Assembly: GCA_023920165.1 (NCBI GenBank) | Contig: CP089278.1 | Span: 1,612,001 to 1,676,000, forward strand | Source of the DNA: Curvularia clavata | Lineage: Eukaryota | Length of the DNA stretch: 64,000 bases | Reading direction: 5' to 3' | Shown here: positions 11,778 through 22,804 of the stretch, piece after piece | How positions within the stretch are numbered: the first letter of the stretch is position 1 | Layout: each line of letters begins with the position of its first letter | The notes under the pieces: model-generated | What the model was told of the DNA's origin: nothing | What the model saw: the letters and a program-made list of their open reading frames with translations, nothing else | Databases searched by the model: none | Translations under genes and position numbers: made by a program

Positions 11778-14700
11778 GGACGCTCGAGTTACCCAGAGCG
11801 GTGGTATATGAGGCAAGCCAGGTAAACGATGCGGCAATAACGACTAAGGCACGACGGGACGATTCGTAAGGGACAGGATGGCAGGGCTCGACCGGGCTGC
11901 TCGTAATTAAAGATGGGCATTCAAAGCTCGACCAGCGGGCTTGATGTGAAGGAAGGAGCGGGACCAAATTATGCGGTCTACCTGTTTGCGTGGAGGGCTA
12001 TTAGTGAGCGAACAAGTACCTTATATCTACCACGAATGGTCGAATGGTCACAAATACTGCTGAATCTATTCTTGGACTCGCTGTTATCTCGAGGGGGGGC
12101 GGCCAACGGGAGCGGATTGCGAACGCCATGCAAGTTTTTGCAAGGGGCTGGTGATTGGCCAGACTAGTCTTACTCTGCAGCCTGATGTCGACATTTGGGG
12201 TCATTTTGTGTCCCCCAGCTATTTTGGGGGTTCACTTACCCGCCGCGCTTGAGCCAGCTGAAGGACCCAGCGCCCATCTGTCCACGGCTATCGATCGGCT
12301 CACTGGTCCCCGCAACGACTTCTGCAAGTTAATTATCCCGTTTAGGCATCGAGGCCCTATATTCCCATGTCGACGTGGGAGTTTTCGCCGACAGGGGTGG
12401 GAGCAGGAAGGAAGCAGGACGGCGCCGGGCTGCCTTGGTCACTTGTTGTCCCAACCTCCTTGCGGGGGCACTATCGACGAGTTGCATTATTCCAGAGCAG
12501 TCTAGGGAAAACACTTGCAGCGGGTGCGATGAGTGGCCGGCCCGGACGTTACTGGTGGCCTGGGTGAAGATGTGCAGATCACGGGTTGTTTGGTTGCAAT
12601 GCCGCCAAGTCCTGTGTGTACTGTACTTTGGACGATATAGAGTGCGGCATGATGGGTGGCCTGCCATGTTGGACATGTACTGGCTACTTGTGGCAGCGCC
12701 AGGCCGTGTGTAGTGACTCGCCCTCTGCCACGTCGGCCAGAAGTGGGCAGATGGACAGGAAGAACAGAGTCACGCAGAGTGGACGGCGGGCCAATTCGCG
12801 TTGAAAAAAGCTGTCGTGATCATTTCCACCGCGGGACTTGCCCAGCTAGCTAGGCGAACGAAAGGAGCAGACGGCAGTGTCGCCCCAACAGGGCAGGTCG
12901 GTTGACGATGTTTTCCCGAGCTAGGCGGGCGAGAATGAGGGACGAGAGAGGGCAAGTGGACGAGCGTTCGTGTAACGCGGCGGAGGTGTGCATAGCACGA
13001 CATGCAGCGGGCATCCAGTCAGCGTGCTCTGACAGGCAGAGGACGTCGCTTGTGCATGTCGGGCGAGGTGGAATTTGCAGAAGAAGCTTTTTGCTAACAG
13101 GCATGGGCGGCCAATGGCGGGCGGCAGATGGCTAGCTTACAGTGCGGGGCAATGCAGCGGCATGCTAGACGTGCTCGGCTTTGCAACCAGGGACCCGTGG
13201 GACCCGCGGTGCGCGGATTGTGTGGTGTCTAAGTATAGGCCGCTAATTAGGGCACACTGGGTCGAGGAATTGCACATAATTAGTGGTCGTCCGCATTGGG
13301 GCGTGATAGCGACAAGCAGACATGCAATTGGTTACCGACAGTACCAATCAATACTTGGCGGGCGACGAATGGGCCTTCGAGTACCGGGTATGTCCTCGGT
13401 CGCAGTCGGGCAGACATGGAGATTACTCACCTGACTGCGCGGAATTGCTGCTCAAAGGCTACAAGTCTCCCGCGCAGAGGCGCTACTACTTTGGTCCCTG
13501 GTTTTTGGTAAATGATGCTTGCCTCGTTTGCGTCTTGTTGGGCATCTAGTGCACCGATTAATTGTCATCGTACGCTCGGTAGCCCGTACACACGACTCAA
13601 CCCTCGTGTGCTGCGGCACGCCCTCGGCCAGCAGCACGCAGCATGCCAAGCTGGGCAAATTGCGAGCGCCGTTGGAAGCAGAGCCTCCGGGGCAGCGCAG
13701 TCGCACGAACCGTGGTCATTCTCTGTTATGCAAGCCCGAGGTGGGACAGCAGCCGTTCCCACCGTGTTCGGCTGGGGGAGCATTAGAGGTGCAACCTCTT
13801 TTTTTTCCTTTTTTTTTTGCTCTGCTTGGCGCGGGTCGTGGAGAAAATGCTTGGGATAATGCTTGCACAAGTTGCGGTCTGGATGTCTGCTTGCTCAAGG
13901 CCATGTCTGGACGCTGATTCGCCTTTGTGGCCACACACTGCGACGGGACCATTGTGATAGCGGAGCACACTGTTGACTGAAGACCCGGTTGGCCGCAGGG
14001 TCTGACAGTCACGGGCTCGTGGTGTGGGTGCTTTTGTGAGCGACCGTTGGCCGCCACGTTGATGAGGGTTTCATGCCGGGCAAGTCACGAGGCCATGGTG
14101 TAGCAGTAGCAGAGTAGTAGTAACAGCAGCGGCGGTCTGACACATGGATGAGTCAATGCGGGCCCGCTACAGCCGCCATGGGTCAAGAGGATAGAGACAG
14201 GCCAGAATGTACAAAGTAGTATGTAGAGTACGAGTAGGTCCGAGAGGCCGAGGGCGATGACGACAGGAGGCGGGCTCGAGTCGTCGTCGCGGTCGACTCG
14301 GCTCTGTGTATTCGTCTGTGTGGCGCTGGGAGCATGCGGGCTGCACGCAGCCGCGCTCGCACGGAACGCATCCACATGTGATGGAATGCAGCACAAGACA
14401 AGCATGTCGTTGATGAGGCTGTCAGCTAGCCCACGTCAACCGTCGGAAGCGAAGCTCCACCGGCCACGGCCACGGTTGTCGTCACACGCTGGCGGTGAGG
14501 GTGGCGAAACGTCGCCTTTTGTCCGTGTCGCTGTCGTTGTCGTCGCGCTGGCGGGCGACGTGTGGCTGTGGGCTGCGGTGCTGGCAGGCCAGCGGTACGT
14601 ACTGTGTGTGAGGCTGCGCGCCACGGCCCAAGTCAGATCTTCGCTGCATCTGCGCACGACTGGCGGCGACACGATCCGCTGCCGTCGGCCCTCGTTGTGC

Positions 14701-15233
14701 AGTGGATCCGCAGTGGCCCTGGTTGTATGGATGGAGGCGGGATGCGAGTAGGGCCGTCGTGTGGTTGGGGGGATATTAATGGCAATTGTCGTCCGCATCC
14801 GGCGCTATTAGCCCCCGAAGCCAATCTGCAGGCCGGCCAATCAGCGTCTCGCAACGCCCTCGCAGCCCTCTACACTAAGCGCCAGCGCTCGACGACACGC
14901 CCGCCCTCAGTGGCCGCTGCCGACAGGCATGCCTCGTCCCATGCAGTCGACACCGCAGTGTGATATCGCCCAACTGAGCCGTCCTCGCCCCGCCCACGGC
15001 CAACGGCGCCCGAGCAACTCTCGACTCTGCTCTACAAAAGACTTGCAAGCGCTCTCCACCCGAAGGGTCCCTTTTCCCGTTTCCGACTTCTTCTGCTGTC
15101 CATGTGCCTGACTGCTGTATCGCCGTGTACCATGCCTGCGCCCATTTCGTCCTAGCAGCCCTCGCATACCAGACTTGCCCGTCCCTACTTCTCACCGTGC
15201 TTGTCCAGCACCCACCGACCCTCCAGCGTGATC

Positions 15234-17816
15234 ATGGTACGCTACCAGCTCCAACCTCGCCTTGTCCCACCACTAACGTCCTCTTAGCAGGCCATGACAC
15301 CCATCACCCCGCTCGAACCGGGCATGGAGATGTTTGAGCGAGCAAAAGCACAATCCTTCTTCTCGGCCGCCCTGACGGCCCGCTCCTCGCTAGAGCGCCC
15401 GCTTTCCCACATCAGCGTGGCTTATACCGACATCGAAGACGATTCGAGCGAATTCGAGGAATTCAGCGGCTCCTCTGTAAGTGCTTTTGTTCCCTCAAAT
15501 CGAGTCCTTTCTGCTGACAGCCTGCAGAGCGACAACAGGCGAAGCCAGACGACGATATCGACATTTGAGGAAGTGACTACGCCTCAAGAGGAACTCCGCC
15601 CACAGTTTGCCTTCTGGCCAGAACCAGAACCCAAGCCAGTACAAGGCCCAAAAGGACCCCATCTGTTTCGTGCTTCGCAGTCCTCGAATGAGTTTCCATA
15701 TGACGACGCCCTGCAGCTGTCTCCACTACTACCAAGACACACACCACTTCGCCACCCGACTTCATTCCGCGAAGCAACGCCAGAGACAATAGTTCCCCAA
15801 AAGGAGTACAACAACATTGCCCTCGCCGTTTCCCACCTCGATAATGCTGAAGTGCGTGCTTGGACCTCCCAGGACGTTGCGACCTGGATGTACCAGAATG
15901 GATTCGAAGACGACATCATTGACAAATTCATCGGGCATGATATCACTGGTGCCGTCTTGCTCGACATGCAATTCGACGACCTGAGGGAGCTCGAGATCCA
16001 GTCGTTTGGCAAGAGACATCAATTGTGGCATCAGATCGACTCCCTGCGTACCGCAGAAGGCCTTTTGTCGCCAACTGCCCCTGCAGCCATCCCCACCCCA
16101 TTCGAAGACATTGAACGCCCTTGCAAGGAGGCAAGAAACAGGTCAAAGAGTAAGGGGCGGAAAGCCAGTCGCCGTGACAAGTCGCGAGCCCGCAACCTTG
16201 CAGACGATGCCATTACACCTGCGCATTCGGTGTCAATCGTGGCAATCGAACAGCTACTGCCAAAGCCTCACGTATGCGCCAAGGGCGAGAGATGCTCAAA
16301 ATGGAGGAAGCAGCAACGCCAGCTCGCAAGACTCCAACAGGAGCACGGTTTCCCGATATCTCCCGAGAAGGGTGGTCACATCTTCATCGCTGGTGATCCC
16401 GGCAACCCCCAAACCGCAAGCCATGCAGTGGAGAACGTCCATCGTCCCCACTCGGAATCCGCACCCTCTGTCGTCGTACCATCCGTAGTCGCATCTTCCG
16501 ATGTGCTGGGCCCTGGACAGCTACCCGACTTTACTCTCGAGGACCTGCAGAAGTTTGAGCAACGCGACCCACAAGACAATGTACGACAGTTCCTTACCCT
16601 GCAAGGCCAGCAGCAGCCATACTACACCGCTACGCCAATTGAAGCGCCTCCTACCCCACCGACCGACACATACCCACCTCGTCCCTTCTTGGTGATTCCA
16701 CAGCAGCAGTACTGTCCCCAGGTGTCGGCCTTCTCCGCATCCACATCGGCGCATACAACCAGGTCCTTCGAGCCATTCGCTCACACCCCGTCTACTCCGG
16801 CACTCCATCCCCCAGAGTTCATGCCAGCACCCCACTCAAACCTCAAGAGCCTTCCCAAATTGACCATCCCCCCGGCACGTGCAATGTCTGCCCAGCCCAC
16901 CGGCAACCCACGTAGTGGTGCTCCGGTCCACCAATACCTTGCACCGGATAGTGCGTTCTCGCCATGCAGGACAGCGTCACCGGGAGGAGTTTACCGATTC
17001 GGCACGCCCTTCTCCGAGATGGACGTACCCATGACCGCTGTACAACCAGAGCCTCTTAGCCGTGACACGAGCCAGTCTGTGCCTCCGAACATGCAGTACC
17101 AGCCCCAGCTCCACAGGGCTGGCTCGCGTCATGACCGCCGACGCCCCTCGCTGCCTATGCCAGCGCTAGCTGAAGACCGCGTCTTCAGCCCCACAGCTCA
17201 CTCGGACGACGACACTCTGCGCGAAACCATCTTCGATGACTCGGCTAGCTCTGGTGACAGTGCCAGCTCATCACCGCTAAAAGCCACCAAGCCGTTTAGC
17301 AGCGAGGCCCAAGACACTCTTGCCCCTCTGCCAAAGGGTGGCTTCGTCTACGAGGGCGTGAACCACCATGGTTGGATGAAGAAGCGCCGAACCAAACTTC
17401 TGCGTCACGAATGGCAAGACCATCACTTCCGCCTCCAGGGTACACTGCTAGCTATGCATCCCAACGAGCTTCCCTCCTCCTCTGCACTGCAGACTATCGA
17501 TGTAGATGATTATGCTGTGGCATGCTCGTCCATTGCTTCAAGCAAGCTCTCGAGTAAGCTCAGGGCCCTGAAGATCTCTTCGGGTCACCACAAGGACAAG
17601 TCGTCTGCCAATGCACCTGCCTTTGAATTCCAGCTTGTGCCTACCGTGCCTGGTAAAGGCGATGTCAAAAAGGTCATGCCCAATGGCAAGGTTCAGCACT
17701 TCGCTGTTACGACCAAGGACCAGCGAATTGACTGGATGCGTGAGCTCATGTTGGCTAAAGCCTTGAAGGCTAAGAGCGACGGCTACCAGGTCAATGTCAA
17801 CGGTGCGAACATGTAA
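15234..17816 (+). CDS. SAM + PH domain protein (Boi/Pob1-like architecture without SH3)
   Basis: SAM: WTSQDVATWM...HDITGAVLL...LRELEIQSFGKR. PH: HHGWMKKRRTKLLRHEWQDHHFRLQG...RIDWMRELMLAK. Likely ATG-only first exon 15234-15236, intron 15237-15287 or -15290, and an in-frame intron 15477-15527. Confidence 0.85.
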
Positions 17817-20800
17817 GGACACTGGAACATTTTCCTTTTTTTGTTTTTTTTGTTTAGCTTTGTCTTCATATCCTTCCTTGGTAGCGAGCCAGCAAGCGTG
17901 TTCCGTCTTTTTCTTTTCCAGTTTGTCAATGTTCTCCACTCTGCAGTCTTTTACTTAGCATACTTTGGTGTGCCGCTCATGACCCACTATTATACCCTTT
18001 TATGTTCCGTTTCTTTCCTTTTCAGTACACGTCTTTTGTTCTGCTTTTCGCGTTCCTTCTCTCGGCATGCTTACTTCAATACGTGCATCTAAAGACTTTG
18101 AACGCTCAGCGGGACCGCAAGGTCAGAGACGACAACTAGTTTTGGTTTTGAACATTGTTAATGTGTTGGAAAGATGGCATATAGGTAGTTCTTGCACGCC
18201 CTCACTGGATGTATTTGTGCAAGGTGGATGTTTGCTGTGATTTAAAAGCTATTGTTGGGTCGAGGTATTGGGTGAACAAGTTGAGACGGATGCTGTAGGA
18301 GTAGGGCCTGAATGAAATATAGGTATCTTGACGAATAACGACTTTATGAATATTCTTGGTTTGACTGTGGTTGAAAGTTTTTCTCTCATCACTTCACGAC
18401 TACGTGTTTACCTCTCTGCACAGCAAAAAGCTACGGAACTGACCTCAAAATCCTCTATCTACTCTCACTCACAGCCATACCAGACATCTCACCATCCACC
18501 CCGCCCCCAGGGGCCGAATCTCAAATAGCATGCCCAACACCAAGATATTCATAGCAGCCTTTTCTCTTCCTAAGACGTCCTTGGCCACTGGTAAACTACC
18601 CAACCCTTTGCATTTCCGCCCCTCCTAAATTGTAAACGCCCAGCCCCCATCCACATCCCAAAAGACCACTAATTGTCCTCGTATCTACACCTTATCGCTC
18701 GCCACACTAACCGAGCCCTACCTGCCACTAAGCACTGTAAGTGCGCAAACTAGCTCTCACTAGAAAACCCGCATTCCCCTCGCTTCCAAATCCTGTCCTT
18801 ACACCAAGGCAAAAGCGAAGGAAGAGAAGAGAGGATTTGTCATTACCCGAACCCGGGGGAGTGGTAAGTTTGAGAAGTATACCGCCACGCATTGACGCGG
18901 GAAGAACGCACGCACGCGCTGTCCTCGCTCGGTCTCGCATCGATATGTATGTCTGCTAAAAAAGCGTTTTTAACCGCATGAAGTTGAGCATCGCTTCCAG
19001 TCCTAGGGCCTGGAAGCATGTATGCGAGCGCAGGGAGTGGATCGATACAATCACGTTTTTCTTACCACGAATGATTGATCAGCCCTGCTTTCCTAAACAC
19101 TCTGGTGAAGGGTGAAGAGCATGGTGGCGTATAGCATGTCACATATCCGTCTTCGAATGGCCTTCGCATATTCGCTCGTCGCGTCGTCACATCGCCGAGT
19201 AAACGTGCGATGGCATGCATTGCGCGAGGGGTGTGATTCATGCTCAGGCGCCCATCCCCAGTGCCTTATTTCCTTGATACTCTGCCCTATATTAGAGGCA
19301 GCAAGGGAAATGAAGACTAAATCCGCCTAGGTTGGGAGGAGGTTTGTAAATGGGTTGTTAAGCGAGTTGTCCGTGTAGGCTTTTCCAAGATAGATGAGGC
19401 GGGTGGCTGGTGTGATTTGAGATATTTCAAGAGTGATGCCAGGTCGGTGGTTGGTTCGTGCGGTGTAAACAAGGGTGAGGAGAGCGGACGGGCGGGATGC
19501 GCGGGATGCGAGGGATGCGCGGGAGCATGTGCGTGTATGGATGTATCTGAGTGAACAGGGGAGCAGGTAGTGACAAAGGGTATTTGATTTTGAGGGTTTA
19601 GGTACGGTGGGGAGGGAGTTTGGCTGTATGAATAAAATTATAGTTAACTAGAGGCTTATTTGTTTTTTCTTTTTACTACTTCGTGTAGCAGCAAAGGGTA
19701 AAAAAAAAGCAGACGCCAGTTATTTCTTGGCTTATCTTCCCAATGGTTACTAATTAACTCATGAAAAATGAATTGACAAAGTGAAGTTCTGAATGATGAT
19801 ATTCATCAGCGTAACGATAATCTCTGAAATTTCCGTGGGACGCGTATTCATCGTACATTCATTTCCCAGCATCCTCTCCCCAAAAGTTTGATCGCACAAA
19901 TTACATAGTATGATTTCACCTCCTAACCCCCCCTCCCTGTACCTCCATTTCTATACTCCCCGTCGCCTAAAACAATCGTGTGAGTGGCATCGGATACATG
20001 CATTGGGAAAAAGTGGGATACTACTCTATCGTTTCCGGTGCTGCAATGGAACTGTGCTACAAAAGAGTGCCAAATTTCGTGCGTGTAGTGACACAGGCCT
20101 TGATGGAGGAGGCTCTTGGAATGTGACTTATCGTGGATGTGGCTTTTTTTGGCATAACTCTGCTGGTGAGGGGATTTGCTTTGTTGATGGGAGATGAATG
20201 TGTCACGATGGGAGTTGGGTGGTGCGACGGGTAACGCTACAGCGGGAGAAACGGGTACTCAATGTCTAGTTCAGTGCATTGAGAAATGTGAAAAGTCATA
20301 GTAATTTCGAATAGTTTCAATGGTCCGAGATTTTAACTTGTTGTTTGTCTAATCATGTTCAACATCATGACAGGAACGCAGTGAAAGACGATTGTATATT
20401 GTCACTTGAGCCGAAACTACACGTGATTTGATCAAAAGTAAACTTCAAAGCAAGCAATGTATTCAAGAAGCCAAGAATAACTATTGCATGATAAGAGACT
20501 AACCATCTCCAATGTCCATCGGCAATGTTCCGTACCGTTATCCCACCAACAGGAGAAAGGCCAGCCCTGCCCTATAGTAAATACCAGCCAACAGTTGGAT
20601 CTTGCCACGGTGCTAGGCATTGTCGTGAAGAGCGTTCAACTAATATACATTTTGGTGAATCGTTCATGATACAGGTGTCCGAATAATATTTGCAAAAGTT
20701 GCGAGCCATTGCAGTACCTGCCCAATGTGTTGAGAAGAGATACGAGAATGAGCTCTCAGAGAGAGAAGAAATGCAAGTACATTTTAAATCATCGTAGTAG

Positions 20801-20831
20801 AAATCAAAGGCTGTTTATATCCAGGAGACGC

Positions 20832-21317
20832 TTAGTCTTCGTGGGCCTCGCGCTTCCCATGGGACAAGCCGAAGGGACGCGTCCAGGTTAGCAACTTGGG
20901 TTCTGCATCGCGCTTCTCGGCAGCCATGCCGTGAGGCCATCCATAGGGTCGATACCATGTATCCTGAGGAACAGCCTCGCGCTTTTCGGCGGCCATGCCA
21001 TGAGGCCATCCATATGGTCGATACCAGGTCTGTGGCTCCGCTTCCGCTTCCCGCTTCTTCGCAGCCATGCCATGAGGCCATCCATATGGGCGATACCAGG
21101 TCTGCGGCTCGGCTTCCGGGTCACGCTTTTCAGCGGCCATGTCGTAAGGGAATGGATACGGGGGTGATCGATCCCATGGTGGCGGTTGTGGATATGCTTC
21201 AGCTTCAGGGCTGTGTTTCTCAACCTCTTCGACTTCAGCCTCAGCGGGTACTGGGAGAGCGGCACCGGATACGGTGACTGCCAGAATAGCAGAAGCGAAA
21301 ATGGAGTCGATTCTCAT
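20832..21317 (-). CDS. Secreted Kex2-processed repeat-peptide precursor, probable alpha-type mating pheromone precursor (ppg1/ppgA-like)
   Basis: Signal peptide MRIDSIFASAILAVTVSG, KR sites followed by X-A/X-P dipeptide spacers (DPEAEP, EAEAEP, EAVP, DAEP), cores TWYRPYGWPHG x3 and TWTRPFGLSHG. The RPYGxPxG core resembles Pleosporales alpha pheromones as I recall them. Confidence 0.85.
   Translation of the reverse strand: MRIDSIFASAILAVTVSGAALPVPAEAEVEEVEKHSPEAEAYPQPPPWDRSPPYPFPYDMAAEKRDPEAEPQTWYRPYGWPHGMAAKKREAEAEPQTWYRPYGWPHGMAAEKREAVPQDTWYRPYGWPHGMAAEKRDAEPKLLTWTRPFGLSHGKREAHED
20850..21122 (-). repeat. Intragenic tandem repeat, about 60-72 bp units (4 peptide cassettes)
   Basis: Repeated nucleotide block gccatgcc(a/g)tgaggccatccata on the + strand; cassettes of 24, 24, 23 and 20 codons. 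Confidence 0.95.
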
Positions 21318-21510
21318 GGTGCAGATTTTGATCGCGAGGTAGTTCAGTTAAAGTTGAAAATTGGTGCCCTAGATTGGTCTGCGGCTAAATTCTTGACAGT
21401 TGTTGGAGCTCTACTCGGCGACGAGAATAGTATTGATGAGAGGGAGAGTATTTTATGCGCGAAGAGAATAAAGGCCTGTGGATGGTAGCCTCGATGTCCA
21501 CTGCTCACAA

Positions 21511-21866
21511 CGTCAATAGAACGTCGTAGGGCTCAATAGATTTGCAAAAGGCAATGGCCTATTCAAGCAGTAGCAGAGTCTCTATTCAAATGAAGTCAGA
21601 ATCAACAAAGGAACCCTTCTGAATAGATATGGAGGCTAGCCAATAGCAAGAAGGTTTCAGTGAAGAAGAGGCCATCGAGACCGCAAAACCTTCCAATAGT
21701 AACGGATAGTCTGATTTCAGAAAACTCTTGTTAATTAGGCACGGGATGCACATGGTTCTTCCTATCAACATGAAATTCTTGAAAGGAATTGCTGAAGTTA
21801 AAGAAGGCGCTGTGGACTAAGTCTAGCGTTGAGGTTGCCTGTTTGGGGTCTGAATAGCTTCAATAG
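21511..21866 (-). promoter_or_regulatory. Cluster of CTATT(G/C)R motifs (putative MAT1-1-1 alpha-box sites) upstream of the peptide precursor
   Basis: + strand hits: GTCAATAG 21512, CTCAATAG 21532 (CTATTGAG on the minus strand), CTATTCAA 21559 and 21582, TGAATAG 21620, CCAATAG 21640 and 21693, TGAATAG 21851, TTCAATAG 21859. Confidence 0.6.
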
Positions 21867-22243
21867 AAACCCAAGGCTTGGCAAACCACGAGCATTCGAT
21901 CTCGACATTGTGACAGAAGACTTTCCCACATTCGAAATCCGATTGGGCCGTCAGACGCCATCTGTAGAGTACACTGTTCTGGACTCAGGATCCAGCAGTT
22001 GCGGATACCTGGGCACTTACAAAGCAGCTGTGTGTGTGGGTGTGTGGGTGGGTGGAGAAGAACTATAATGATGCGCACTAGCGGATTGCTAGACGAAGGA
22101 GATCTGTTTTGCGAAAGATCCCTATCGCTAAAAGCTCTGGTATGTTGTCCGATACGTCTAATCAAGGTAGGCAAGACCTCGTAGGCAAAGGAGGCACTCG
22201 AAGGGGGTGTATCTTGTGCACAACTCCAAATGACATAAGTTTT

Positions 22244-22282
22244 GAAAGTGAACTCAGAAAGTGAACTCAGAAAGTGAACTCA
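22244..22282. repeat. Perfect 13-bp tandem repeat x3 (GAAAGTGAACTCA)
   Basis: Directly visible in the intergenic region between the peptide precursor and MetRS. Confidence 0.95.
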
Positions 22283-22804
22283 GATTGTCGATCGCTGCTT
22301 CGAATGGTTGAGTCCTATATACTCTGAGATGAGACTGGAAAACATAATAGCGTGCTGCCTGTGTACAAGCAGATTGTGCTCGAGGTCTTGAAACGGACAT
22401 ACCCTAATTGTCGAATACAGGTCCTATGGCCGGTGACCAAAAATCAAAGCTCTTTAAACATATTCCGATTATCTCGTTCAAGATATTCAGTAGACATGGT
22501 GCGGCTCATAGATATCCTGCATCATACCGATTTCCGATCCAGGTAGTCGACGCCCTGGAGGTAAGCCGTTTAGAAAAGGAAGGGTTGACAGCGGCGATGA
22601 GGTCATGCGTTCAATCTTAGAGCAATCAGCCAGGACCATATATGCGTTTTTCGAGGCCTCTGTGTGATGCTTCATGTCTGTGAAGTGGTTAGGTGATGTA
22701 GAACGTGGTGACATAATTGAGTTGAGCTAGCGCCACACGTGGCTTCGCGCCGAAGGTCCACGCGAGAATTGTCGCGAATGGACATCTGAGACAACCATGA
22801 AAGC

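Noticed and set aside
11900..15200. Many 60-160 aa ORFs upstream of pro1
   Set aside because: Overlap in all frames, no recognisable motifs or consistent splice pattern; expected in GC-rich intergenic DNA.
19585..19605. Telomerase RNA template or telomeric seed (GGGTTTAGG)
   Set aside because: Single imperfect match, not the TAACCCTAA template expected for TTAGGG telomeres.
19790..19830. C/D-box snoRNA candidate (ATGATGA...CTGA)
   Set aside because: Only about 35 nt between the boxes, and no terminal stem or evident rRNA complementarity.
20832..21317. Dikaritin (ustiloxin-type) RiPP gene cluster around the repeat-peptide precursor
   Set aside because: No DUF3328/UstY oxidase, tyrosinase, methyltransferase or transporter nearby; neighbours are housekeeping genes. 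Ste13-type spacers and promoter motifs fit a pheromone better.
22244..22282. CRISPR-like array
   Set aside because: Three adjacent 13-bp units with no spacers, in a eukaryotic genome; a simple minisatellite.
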